A stretch of 63,036 nt of DNA, counting the filler, from Syncephalis fuscata S228 (Eukaryota > Fungi > Zoopagomycota), in assembly GCA_025786725.1 (NCBI GenBank). It is 3 parts of 3 records of this genome, joined end to end, with 100 filler letters (N's around TTAATTAATTAA, not from the genome) between each part and the next. Parts side by side here need not be neighbours in the genome. Positions count along the whole stretch, not along the records: positions 28,247 to 57,006 come from JAHLTZ010000097.1; 2 more parts are not named here. One strand, written 5' to 3'. The notes under the pieces were generated by a model. The model made no database searches and was not told the origin of the DNA. It worked only from the letters and a program-made list of their open reading frames with translations. Shown here piece after piece: positions 28,247 through 40,463 of this stretch (positions are counted from its first letter, which is position 1; each line of letters starts with the position of its first letter). The position numbers and the translations under genes are program-made.

Positions 28247-29227
28247 TTTGCAAAAATCATTGTTCTAGATTTTATACCATTTATTACAGCTAAGCATGAA
28301 GGGCTCGAATTTAGCAATTATTTTGCTATCTTTTAGTTATATAAGCCATGATTGGTAAAAAACTGCTATTTTTACACGTTTAGTCATGATAAATACAGCA
28401 TCACACAGTACAATCACCGTATACTTTGCAAATAGCTATCTATATGTTATACGCATACTCGTGCAAATTTCATACAATTTGCTTGATCCTACATAAAGTT
28501 GTAAACAAGTTAAAAAGTTTTATTACTTAAATGATTACTACCTTTTAACGTACATTTCACTGCTGCTTACTAACTAGTTACATTAAAGCACTCGTTTAGT
28601 ATTGCTGCATACTGTCATACATTGAAACAATAATTCCACGTTTGGAGTTGCAAAATCACGTTTTATCAACATGTTATGGTATCACGAATAAAAATATTAC
28701 ATTTTATAACGGTTATATATAATAAAATGAATAATCTACATTACAGCCATAGTTATTATAAATACTATATGACAATGGTCATAGCAAATTAAAAGGAAAA
28801 AGTAGAAGTAACCAGAGCAACTATATTGAATAAGTTGTCTTGGATGTAATTATCTAGGATTATAGGCATATTTAATTGAAATTATAGTGAAAATAGCCGA
28901 TTATTTGCGATAAATTAGCGTTTTGATGCCAATTAAGCCGGAATAAGCGGATTTTAAGATTCATTTCTAACATAATACGATGGCGCGCATCGAATAGAAG
29001 TAAAAACAGGAAAAAAAATAAAATTTATAAAATTTATAAATATTAACAAGAATTAAATTAAAGATTATACTAGTTTATATGTATATATTTTAAAAAGCCA
29101 AAAAGTGGTAAAAAAGCGAATTAATTGAAAAAATAAATGTTTATTTAATATAGTATATAATTGGTATGATTTTTACGATGAATTACGAGTCAAATGGCCA
29201 ACATTTATAAAATTGATAGATAAGAAG

Positions 29228-30347
29228 TGTAACAAGTAAAGTGGTAACAACTTTTTTGTTACGACAAACCAAGTGTTAGAAGTACGACAATATTAGTTAC
29301 ACCACCTTCATTGCACTTATATAAAGAATAGTGGTATGTAGCTGACGATCCCTGACGATTTCTGACGATCCCTGACGATTTCTGACGATCCCTTAACTAT
29401 TTCCTGATATGGAACCTACGCATTTAATGTGTTAGCACAATACATTTACTAACAAATATCACCACTATAAATGTTTACAATACACTGTTACCAGTCGCTT
29501 ACTTGATTGTTTATGATATTGTAAGCTACTTAATAATTATTGAGTAATTAACGATTACATTAGTTTATATAATAGTAAACTAGATAATACTTGTAATGAA
29601 ACTAAAGAAATGAAATGAAGTAACTGATATCGCTTATTTAAGATAATAAAAAAAAGTGCTTTTTTATACCAAAAATGAGTTAAATTTAAAGATATTTGTA
29701 AAGGAAGAATCTGTTCGTTTCTTCCTTTTGGTATTGTATATGGGTATTAATTTACTTTAAGTGAATTAGCACCCATTTAATGTGCTAAATATTAAATAAA
29801 ATTGACAGGGCCTTTAAAAGAGTCCTGTCTTATTTACCCAGTATGTTAATTGGGGTACTGGCCGCGTGCTAAGCGAAAGCTACACAAATATTGTGCCTGA
29901 TTAAGTCACGTGATTATATGTCATATTAATTGTAATTACCGTATATGGTAATGAGGTATATAAAATCATGTGATTAGATTATTATATTTATTAGCTACGA
30001 AAGAGGTGGAGGGGTAAATGGGTGCAACAAAGTAATATTTAATAATATTCTGATTGGGCCATTAACACCATCTATGAATAATTCTAATCAATCCAAAGTG
30101 TCTTTACATACACACACACACACACCACAAGCTCACACAAAAAAGTGCCCACACTTCACAACCTGGTCTAATTACTAAAACCATATTTTATTTTTCTCGT
30201 TCTGTAATACTTTTTATTATAATAAAATATGGCAATTAACACCAGTTTTTTTAAAATAAAATATTATATTTAGTGTCCGTAACAACACACACGTAATAAA
30301 AAACATGCTCTATTTTTATTCACAATATTGCGTTTACGGTTGTTACA
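29228..30347 (+). mobile_element. Family-A LTR (TGTAACA...TGTTACA) interrupted by an about 0.8-kb insertion at 29486-30284
   Basis: 5' part nearly identical to the LTR at 36106-36402; the LTR resumes after the insertion; 4-bp TSD ACAC. Confidence 0.8.
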
Positions 30348-31150
30348 GTCGCGATAATCCGTGTCGATAACACCAGCTAGTACATTGATCCTGTGTTTTG
30401 CTGCCAGCCCACTTCTTGACGCAATACGTTTATAAATCCCTTTTGGTATTTCCATCGCAATATCCGTATTGACTTCTCGTCGTTTACGCGGGGGCAGCTC
30501 AACCGTTTCTGCGGCATATAAGTCATAACCTGCAGCTCTCTTAGTTGCTTATTAGAAATATCAGCTTTAGTACTTAATAAACTAACTAACTATTTTTCTC
30601 CCATTCTCCACTTTACTTTCCTCATCGTTACCGCCCATGGCCACATATCCTTTCCGTATTCCACTTGCCACGAGAGGTGGTCGTGATAATGCATCTGCCA
30701 CAACATTGCTGGAACCTTTTTATATTTCAGTTCATAGTTGTATTCGGATAGTTGTAGGGCCTATTGGGCTAACTTCCGGTTTAACGTTTTATTGCGCGTG
30801 ATGTATGGTAGTGCTTGGTGGTTCGTTCGTATAATGACTTTAGTATGTAGGATGTAGTGTCGGAACGTGTCCAAAGCCCAAATAACTGCTGCGGCTTCTA
30901 GTTCCGTTGCGCTGAGGTTCTTTTCAAGTTGCGACAGACTTCGGCTGGCGAATCAGACAGGACGTATTTCTCCAACGTCATTGACTTAAGCCAAGACTGC
31001 ACACATACCACTATAGGCTGAGTCGGTTTCTAGGATAAACGTGTCGTTGAAGCTAAGATTTACTAACACTAGGATAGCTGCAAGGGCCTTTTTCAAATCT
31101 TCAAATTTAGCTTGATGACTATCGTTCCATTATTCTTCAACAGACTTCGT
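30348..31150 (-). pseudogene. Ty3/Gypsy RNase H-dUTPase fragment (mirror copy)
   Basis: Reverse complement of 36836-37638; ORF 30270-30455 translates identically to ORF 37531-37716. Confidence 0.88.
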
Positions 31151-31882
31151 TGTAACAAACCGTAAACGCGATGTTGTGAATAAAAATAGATAATAATTTT
31201 TATTATATATGTGCGTTGTTAAACTATTTTATAGTTGCGATATTTTTAGTAAGTGTATTATGCTAATAATGTTAAATGTGTAATTTTCATATTAGAAGAT
31301 AGTTAAGAGATTGTCAGGGATCGTCAGGGATTATCGGTTACATACTGTAATATGTAAAACAAACGAAATAAAAGTAATAAATTAGTTTTTATTGAATAAT
31401 GTTTTATATATCAAAATAAAGGAGGTATTATAGACATGTGTATTACATTTCAGTAAACAATGCAATATAATGTTTGTGTATAGCATTATACTGGCTTTAT
31501 TGTAGTAAATGTAACATTACACATGCTACACATACCAATATTATTTATATAAGTGCAATGAAGGTGGTGTAGTTAATATTGTTTGTAACAACAGTAAACA
31601 CAGTATAGTGAATAAAAACAGATAATAATTTTTATTATGTGCATGTATTGTTAAACATTTTATAGTGGTGATATTTGTTAGTAAATGTATTGTGCTAACA
31701 CATTAAATGCGTAGGTTCCATATCAGGAAATAGTTAAGGGATCGCCAGGGATCGTCAGGGATCGTCAGCTACATACCACTATTCTTTATATAAGTGCAAT
31801 GAAGGTGGTGTAACTAATATTGTCGTACTTTTAACACTTGGTTTGTCGTAACAAAAAAGTTGTTACCACTTTACTTGTTACA
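31151..31882 (-). mobile_element. Nested LTRs (mirror of 36106-36835): family-A LTR 31584-31882, older family-A LTR part 31151-31583, and 185-bp solo LTR 31346-31530
   Basis: TG..CA termini; CATAC TSD around the 185-bp element. Confidence 0.8.
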
Positions 31883-32574
31883 GCAAGTAGTCATGGCCGC
31901 TCAACAGCTATCAGGAGCCGCCGCTATTTGGTATTAGTCGATACGCAGTAGTGCTACACCCTACAAAACATGATAACAACTGAATAATGGCATATTGGAA
32001 CGCTTTAGCGATAATCGATTAGCAGACATTGCCCGTCTGGAACTTACACGGCTACGCTGGTCGGAAAATTAAGATATTGAAGAACATAGCAGTAACTTCA
32101 CTACGTTACGTAGCCGTATCCCAGACGCCGCCGACATGGAGCTAGTCACGGCCTTTCGAGTTACATTACTTCCTGAATATTTGGCAGATTCAATTTGTAA
32201 TACGCCTAGTAATATCAGCAAAGTTTATACCTCTACGCGTGATTTTATTATTTAAGAAAGCACAGATTACAACACTTGGTACAAGCGCCAACTGAATTCA
32301 ACAACGGGCCAACTCCAATGGATTTGGATACAATAGTACAAGTTTTAAATAGCCTAGGCTTTACTAATAATAGCAATAATAATAGTAGTACCAGTAATTA
32401 AAATAATGCGTCTAGATGCTATGCATGTAACAGACACGGTCATTTAGCCAGAAATTGTAATCGCAATAACAACTGTAATTACAACAGTCGTGACAACAAC
32501 AATCAACAGCAAGCCAATAGTCTATATTTACAGCCAGCAAATGTCGGCGCCCAAGCAAACAATAACGTAATACA

Positions 32575-32620
32575 GGGAAACGACAACGGTCAGTAATCAA
32601 GTGCGGCACACTTACTGACG
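32575..32620 (+). promoter_or_regulatory. Putative -1 ribosomal frameshift signal at the gag/pol junction
   Basis: Slippery GGGAAAC followed after about 7 nt by stem GTCAGT..AAGTG/CACTT-ACTGAC; gag stop lies inside the stem; the -1 frame runs toward the protease. Confidence 0.7.
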
Positions 32621-35600
32621 GCCAGTTTGCCGCTAATACTCCGATACCACTCGGATTTGAGCAATCCACGCTCATTCAAGACCACGTTAGTTCCGGAGTA
32701 ATTAAAGTATCACCTAAAATCAATGGTGTTCCAGCTCATGTATAATCGATTCTGGTGCATTCACCAACTTTATGGATATTGAGTTTGCCAAGAAAGCACA
32801 AGTACATGTTACGGAACAAGCAAATTCAACAAATGTGAAGCTGAGAAATGGTATGGAGTGCGGTTTATTTGGTACTGCTAATACAGTGCCTACTATTTTC
32901 AAATATTTAAAAAAGCAAATTGATTTTACTATTATGAAACTAGGCAATTATAATGCAGTGCTAGGTATGCCGTGGCTGAGAAGACATGAAGCGCATGTAG
33001 ATTGGAACGCTGGTGTCATTAATTCTAATTGTAATTCCGTACCTAAAATTACAGTAGAAAACAACGACAAATTACATTTTTATTCATGAAATAGAAGAAG
33101 TAGAACAGACGGAGGCCAACGATATGATTTTATTAACAATGATAAAAGAAAACAAAGAAAAAAATAATACATTGTTAAATGGCCGTCACGCACGACTGTT
33201 GGGTGAGTTTGCCGATGTTGGGCTGGAAGAATTGCCATCTGGTTTACCACCAAAAAGAGACATTGACATACGTATCAATTTGGTGCCACATCAGCAGCCA
33301 CCATTTCGGCCTACATACCATTTGGCAAAGAAGGAGTTAGATGAATTGAAGAAGCGGCTTGATGATTTGCTGGAAAAGGGCTTTATTAGGCCTAGTACAT
33401 CACTATTTGGTGCGTCTGTGCTATTTGTGCGGAAGAAAGGAGGTGATTTACGTATGTGTGTGGATTACAGAATGTTAAACGCACAAACAATTCGTGATCG
33501 TTATGCGTTGCCACTGATCGATGAATTATTCGATCAGTTACATGGGGCAAAGGTGTTCTCAAAAATAGATTTGAGAAGTGGATATCATCAAATAAGAGTA
33601 AATGAGGATGATATTCACAAAACAGCGTTTAGAACGCGCTATAGGCATTATGAGTAGACGGTGATGGGATTTGGATTGACTAATGCACCGTCAGTATTTA
33701 TGCAATTAATGCATAATTCATTTCATAAATTACTAGACAATTGTGTAGTGGTATTTTTAGACGATATTTTAATTTTCAGTAAAAATCATGCGGAACATGA
33801 GTAGCACTTACGGCAAGTGTTACAGTTATTAAGAGAAAATAAATATGTCAAATTAAGTAAATGTAAATTTGGCAAAAATGAGGTGGAATTTTTGAGACAT
33901 ATTATTAGTGGCGATGGTATAAGACCATTACACGATAAAGTGATGGCTATTGCGAATTGGCCTATACCAAACAATCTAAAAGAATTACGCTCATTTCTCG
34001 GATTAACCGGCTATTATAGACGGTTTATTTGTGGATATGCTGATACTGCATGAAATCGAACAATTTACTAAGCATAATGGACCATTCAGATGGGGGAGGG
34101 GTAATCAAAATGCAGCGTTTGGCGCACTGCGTAAAGCGATTATTACAGCACCGGTATTAACAATATTAAATGTTAATGCGCCATTTATCGCTACTACAGA
34201 TGCGTCTGATTATGCAATTAGTGCGGTATTATCGCAAGTAACTGATAATAATGAACATCCTGTTGCGTTTATGTCGCTAATATTACAGGCAGCTGAAAAG
34301 AATTATGTTACTACGATAAAAAATGTTAGCTATTCTAGAAGCTACTAAGCTGTGGTGCCCATATCTTAGCTATGGCCATTTTGTAATATATACTGACCAT
34401 GCACCGCTCATGCGCCTGTTTAAGCAAAAGGAAATGCCATCGCTTCAAACGCGTTGAATTGAACAGTTACATCAATATGGTTTTGATAGCATATATAAGC
34501 TAGGCCGTCCTAGTGTTGTAGCCGATGCACTGTCGCGACGTACGTCGCCTAGTTGTAGCGCTATAGATGCTACAAATCTCTCTTCATTTCAACAGCGTGT
34601 TTTAGCTGGTTAAGATTATGATGAGCACCTTACAGGTGTAAAGAATGTTCTTATGGAACGAAGGGCTGCAGGCAATGCTGCTGCAGTTAAAATTTTGCGA
34701 CATTTTTGGCTTAACAATCATGGATTAATGTACAAATTAAAATACATTGAGCCACGATTATGTATATCAAATTACAATAATTTGTATTTGGATATACTGA
34801 ATGCTCATCATGATGCTGCTGCTCACTTCGGCGAAAAAAAGACTATTGCAGCCATTAAGCGTAAATATTATTGGCCTAAATTGTCTAATATGACAAAGCA
34901 TTATATCCAGTCATGTGAAGTGTGTCAACGTACTAAACACTTACAGCAGCTATCTGGCGGATTATTGCAGCCACTACCAATTCCAAGTGGACGTTGGCGC
35001 GATATTTCAATGGATTTTATAGTACATTTACCACGCACTAGCGGTGGTTACGAGGCCATTTTTGGTATAGTTGGCCGCTTTACCAAGCGTGCTTACTTTG
35101 TACCAATGAAGACGACAGCTACGGCTGTTGATGTTGCCCACTTGTTCATGCAGAACATTGTACGTCTTCATGGTATGTCCCAATTTATTGTATGTGATTA
35201 CGACGCCAAGTTTACCAGTAAATTTTGGCAAGAATTGCATAGAATACTTAACGTACGTATATTTATGTCAATGACATTCCATCCTGAAACAGATGGCCAA
35301 ACAGAACGCGTAAATCGTACATTAGAACAATGTTACGTGCCTGTGTTAAATATCAACAAAATGACTGGTATCAACATTTAGCATTGATTGAATTTGCCTA
35401 CAATAATGCTAAGCAGTCATCAACTGGCAAATCGCCGTTCTATATTGATTTAGGTAGTCACAGATGCATGCCAGATGATTTAGTGCGGCAACACAACTTT
35501 GACAATAACACTAACGTGCAAAGTGCTGCAGCATTCTTGAAGAAAAAAAAGAAGGACATTTATTTAGAAACACGCGAAGCATTAAAGAAGGTACAAGAAC

Positions 35601-36105
35601 GACAAAAACAATATGCGGATCAGAAACGACGAGAAGTGGAATTTAAAGTTGCTGATTTGATACTATTATCAGCAAATAATTTAATACCTGAAGCAGAATA
35701 TGAATGATTAAAACGTAAATTGACTCATCAATTTACTGGGCCATTCAAGATTGTTAAATGTGTATTGGCCGTAGTGTACAAATTACAATTAGCACCTAAT
35801 ATGAAAATACACGATGTATTCCATGTTAGTCTATCAAAGAAGTACGAAGAAAATCCACCAAAGTTTGTAGATCGTTATCCATTATCGCCACCACCAGAAA
35901 TAATATATGGAGAAGAAGAATACGAAGTAAAGGCCATATTATCTAAACGCATCAAGTGTAATAAGGTGGACTATTTTGTTAAATAGAAAGGCTATGCAGT
36001 ACACGACGCAGAACGGCAACAATTACATGACTTGGATAACGCCCAAGAGCTTGTACAAGAATTCGAAAAGCAACACCAAAGTCGGCGTTAATCTAAGGGG
36101 GATGA

Positions 36106-36402
36106 TGTAACAAGTAAAGTGGTAACAACTTTTTGTTACGACAAACCAAGTGTTAAAGTACGACAATATTAGTTACACCACCTTCATTGCACTTATATAA
36201 AGAATAGTGGTATGTAGCTGACGATCCCTGACGATCCCTGGCGATCCCTTAACTATTTCCTGATATGGAACCTACGCATTTAATGTGTTAGCACAATACA
36301 TTTACTAACAAATATCACCACTATAAAATGTTTAACAATACATGCACATAATAAAAATTATTATCTGTTTTTATTCACTATACTGTGTTTACTGTTGTTA
36401 CA
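36106..36402 (+). mobile_element. 3' LTR (family A, 297 bp)
   Basis: TGTAACAA...TTGTTACA termini, directly after the PPT; TATA-like tatataaa and aataaa; internal ctgacgatcc decamer repeats. Confidence 0.88.
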
Positions 36403-36455
36403 AACAATATTAACTACACCACCTTCATTGCACTTATATAAATAATATTGGTATG

Positions 36456-36640
36456 TGTAGCATGTGTAATGTTACATTTACTACAATAAAGCCAGTATAA
36501 TGCTATACACAAACATTATATTGCATTGTTTACTGAAATGTAATACACATGTCTATAATACCTCCTTTATTTTGATATATAAAACATTATTCAATAAAAA
36601 CTAATTTATTACTTTTATTTCGTTTGTTTTACATATTACA
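36456..36640. mobile_element. 185-bp solo LTR (family B) inserted in an older family-A LTR
   Basis: TGTAG...TTACA ends with perfect 5-bp TSD GTATG; the host LTR resumes on both sides. Confidence 0.8.
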
Positions 36641-36835
36641 GTATGTAACCGATAATCCCTGACGATCCCTGACAATCTCTTAACTATCTTCTAATATGAA
36701 AATTACACATTTAACATTATTAGCATAATACACTTACTAAAAATATCGCAACTATAAAATAGTTTAACAACGCACATATATAATAAAAATTATTATCTAT
36801 TTTTATTCACAACATCGCGTTTACGGTTTGTTACA

Positions 36836-37638
36836 ACGAAGTCTGTTGAAGAATAATGGAACGATAGTCATCAAGCTAAATTTGAAGATTTGAAAAAGGC
36901 CCTTGCAGCTATCCTAGTGTTAGTAAATCTTAGCTTCAACGACACGTTTATCCTAGAAACCGACTCAGCCTATAGTGGTATGTGTGCAGTCTTGGCTTAA
37001 GTCAATGACGTTGGAGAAATACGTCCTGTCTGATTCGCCAGCCGAAGTCTGTCGCAACTTGAAAAGAACCTCAGCGCAACGGAACTAGAAGCCGCAGCAG
37101 TTATTTGGGCTTTGGACACGTTCCGACACTACATCCTACATACTAAAGTCATTATACGAACGAACCACCAAGCACTACCATACATCACGCGCAATAAAAC
37201 GTTAAACCGGAAGTTAGCCCAATAGGCCCTACAACTATCCGAATACAACTATGAACTGAAATATAAAAAGGTTCCAGCAATGTTGTGGCAGATGCATTAT
37301 CACGACCACCTCTCGTGGCAAGTGGAATACGGAAAGGATATGTGGCCATGGGCGGTAACGATGAGGAAAGTAAAGTGGAGAATGAGAGAAAAATAGTTAG
37401 TTAGTTTATTAAGTACTAAAGCTGATATTTCTAATAAGCAACTAAGAGAGCTGCAGGTTATGACTTATATGCCGCAGAAACGGTTGAGCTGCCCCCGCGT
37501 AAACGACGAGAAGTCAATACGGATATTGCGATGGAAATACCAAAAGGGATTTATAAACGTATTGCGTCAAGAAGTGGGCTGGCAGCAAAACACAGGATCA
37601 ATGTACTAGCTGGTGTTATCGACACGGATTATCGCGAC
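36836..37638 (+). pseudogene. RNase H + dUTPase fragment of a second Ty3/Gypsy family
   Basis: FILETDSA, FASRSL..LEKN.SATELEAAAVIWAL, NVVADALSR, then dUTPase motifs AGYDL, RSG, GVIDTDYR; stops present; cut by LTR ends on both sides. Confidence 0.88.
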
Positions 37639-38775
37639 TGTAACAACCGTAAACGCAATATTGTGAATAAAAATAGAGCATGTTTTTTATTACGTGTGTG
37701 TTGTTACGGACACTAAATATAATATTTTATTTTAAAAAAACTGGTGTTAATTGCCATATTTTATTATAATAAAAAGTATTACAGAACGAGAAAATAAAAT
37801 ATGGTTTTAGTAATTAGACCAGGTTGTGAAGTGTGGGCACTTTTTTGTGTGAGCTTGTGGTGTGTGTGTGTGTATGTAAAGACACTTTGGATTGATTAGA
37901 ATTATTCATAGATGGTGTTAATGGCCCAATCAGAATATTATTAAATATTACTTTGTTGCACCCATTTACCCCTCCACCTCTTTCGTAGCTAATAAATATA
38001 ATAATCTAATCACATGATTTTATATACCTCATTACCATATACGGTAATTACAATTAATATGACATATAATCACGTGACTTAATCAGGCACAATATTTGTG
38101 TAGCTTTCGCTTAGCACGCGGCCAGTACCCCAATTAACATACTGGGTAAATAAGACAGGACTCTTTTAAAGGCCCTGTCAATTTTATTTAATATTTAGCA
38201 CATTAAATGGGTGCTAATTCACTTAAAGTAAATTAATACCCATATACAATACCAAAAGGAAGAAACGGACAGATTCTTCCTTTACAAATATCTTTAAATT
38301 TAACTCATTTTTGGTATAAAAAAGCACTTTTTTTTATTATCTTAAATAAGCGATATCAGTTACTTCATTTCATTTCTTTAGTTTCATTACAAGTATTATC
38401 TAGTTTACTATTATATAAACTAATGTAATCGTTAATTACTCAATAATTATTAAGTAGCTTACAATATCATAAACAATCAAGTAAGCGACTGGTAACAGTG
38501 TATTGTAAACATTTATAGTGGTGATATTTGTTAGTAAATGTATTGTGCTAACACATTAAATGCGTAGGTTCCATATCAGGAAATAGTTAAGGGATCGTCA
38601 GAAATCGTCAGGGATCGTCAGAAATCGTCAGGGATCGTCAGAAATCGTCAGGGATCGTCAGCTACATACCACTATTCTTTATATAAGTGCAATGAAGGTG
38701 GTGTAACTAATATTGTCGTACTTCTAACACTTGGTTTGTCGTAACAAAAAAGTTGTTACCACTTTACTTGTTACA
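37639..38775 (-). mobile_element. Family-A LTR on the minus strand, interrupted by a 796-bp element (37702-38497)
   Basis: Insert has TGTTAC...GTAACA ends and a 4-bp TSD GTGT; removing it restores a collinear LTR. Confidence 0.8.
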
Positions 38776-40463
38776 CTTCTTATCTATCAATTTTATAAAT
38801 GTTGGCCATTTGACTCGTAATTCATCGTAAAAATCATACCAATTATATACTATATTAAATAAACATTTATTTTTTCAATTAATTCCTTTTTTTACCACTT
38901 TTTGGCTTTTTAAAATATATACATATAAACTAGTATAATCTTTAATTTAATTCTTGTTAATATTTATAAATTTTATAAATTTTATTTTTTTTCCTGTTTT
39001 TACTTCTATTCGATGCGCGCCATCGTATTATGTTAGAAATGAATTTAAAATCCGCTTATTCCGGCTTAATTGGCATCAAAACGCTAATTTATCGCAAATA
39101 ATCGGCTATTTTCACTATAATTTCAATTAAATATGCCTATAATCCTAGATAATTACATCCAAGACAACTTATTCAATATAGTTGCTCTGGTTACTTCTAC
39201 TTTTTCCTTTTAATTTGCTATGACCATTGTCATATAGTATTTATAATAACTATGGCTGTAATGTAGATTATTCATTTTATTATATATAACCGTTATAAAA
39301 ATGTAATATTTTTATTCGTGATACCATAACATGTTGATAAAACGTGATTTTGCAACTCCAAACGTGGAATTATTGTTTCAATGTATGACAGTATGCAGCA
39401 ATACTAAACGAGTGCTTTAATGTAACTAGTTAGTAAGCAGCAGTGAAATGTACGTTAAAAGGTAGTAATCATTTAAGTAATAAAACTTTTTAACTTGTTT
39501 ACAACTTTATGTAGGATCAAGCAAATTGTATGAAATTTGCACGAGTATGCGTATAACATATAGATAGCTATTTGCAAAGTATACGGTGATTGTACTGTGT
39601 GATGCTGTATTTATCATGACTAAACGTGTAAAAATAGCAGTTTTTTACCAATCATGGCTTATATAACTAAAAGATAGCAAAATAATTGCTAAATTCGAGC
39701 CCTTCATGCTTAGCTGTAATAAATGGTATAAAATCTAGAACAATGATTTTTGCAAAAAATATTAGTCAAAAATGTATTTTTGTGTAACTTTTTTGCAAAA
39801 GAGTATGTAAATTTGAAGATTTTAGAAATACTAATATTAAAACAAATATACATTCATTCAAATACAAAAAGGCTTTATAATGCTAAACAAGCATAATAAC
39901 AGGTTGACATACAGAAGTTCTAATTTACAGTGGCAATTTATGCCATTCATATACACATATAGCGTAAAAACAATGTGGCATGTCATGTACTGAATTCTAC
40001 GTCAATTTATAGCCATTAAGTTGTAAATATGGATGGTAGATAACAGTGTACGCGATTTCAATACAAACGATATAGATTGATGAAAAATTGCAATAATTAC
40101 ATATAATTTTGGATATATACTACGTGATCTATAACGTTTGAATATTGGCTATATTACCACTGATTATTTAGTTGAATCCATCATATATTACATACTTTTC
40201 ATTCATATATGTATTTTTCATAAGCCAAACACTGACGTAATAATTGTGACTTACAGAAAGAACTGTTATAAGCATTAAAAGACCATTTTTAATTAGTGTA
40301 AATATTTGTATTTCAGTGCAGTGTGCAGCCATTTGTCTTAGACTTAAGTAATAAGATAATAACGCTGTTTTGATTTATGTTAATTCGTGTAAACTTAAAT
40401 AAAGATTATTAGTCAAATAAAATAATAGTAATAATAACAATTTAGACTACATGGCCAGCATTC

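Larger units (their letters stand above)
28247..31882. repeat. Left arm of 3.6-kb inverted repeat (reverse complement of 36106-39756)
   Basis: Continuous reverse-complement match from tttgcaaaaatcattgttctag to ccactttacttgttaca, with only scattered SNPs and indels. Confidence 0.97.
31883..36402 (+). mobile_element. Degenerate Ty3/Gypsy chromovirus: 5'-truncated gag, protease, RT, RNase H, integrase, chromodomain, PPT and 3' LTR
   Basis: gag AQQLSGAAAIWY; PR IIDSGA and VLGMPWL; [30 protein letters not shown]; RH TDASDYAISAVL; IN HHCC, SMDFI, DGQTERVN; chromodomain EEYEVKAIL..YFVK*KGY; PPT aagggggatga before TGTAACA at 36106; several stops and frameshifts. Confidence 0.95.
36106..39756. repeat. 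Right arm of 3.6-kb inverted repeat
   Basis: Reverse complement of 28247-31882. Confidence 0.97.

Noticed and set aside
29341-29392. ctgacgatcc/ctgacgattt decamer array as a CRISPR- or iteron-like repeat
   Set aside because: No spacers; it is an internal minisatellite of the LTR.
33650-36000. RIP-like mutation or stop-codon reassignment (TAG/TGA at conserved Trp/Gln positions)
   Set aside because: Stops arise from such transitions by default and coexist with frameshifts. Host genes use the standard code. A multi-copy alignment would be needed.
31883-36105. DIRS element, suggested by the inverted termini
   Set aside because: It encodes protease, DDE integrase and chromodomain, with no tyrosine recombinase seen.
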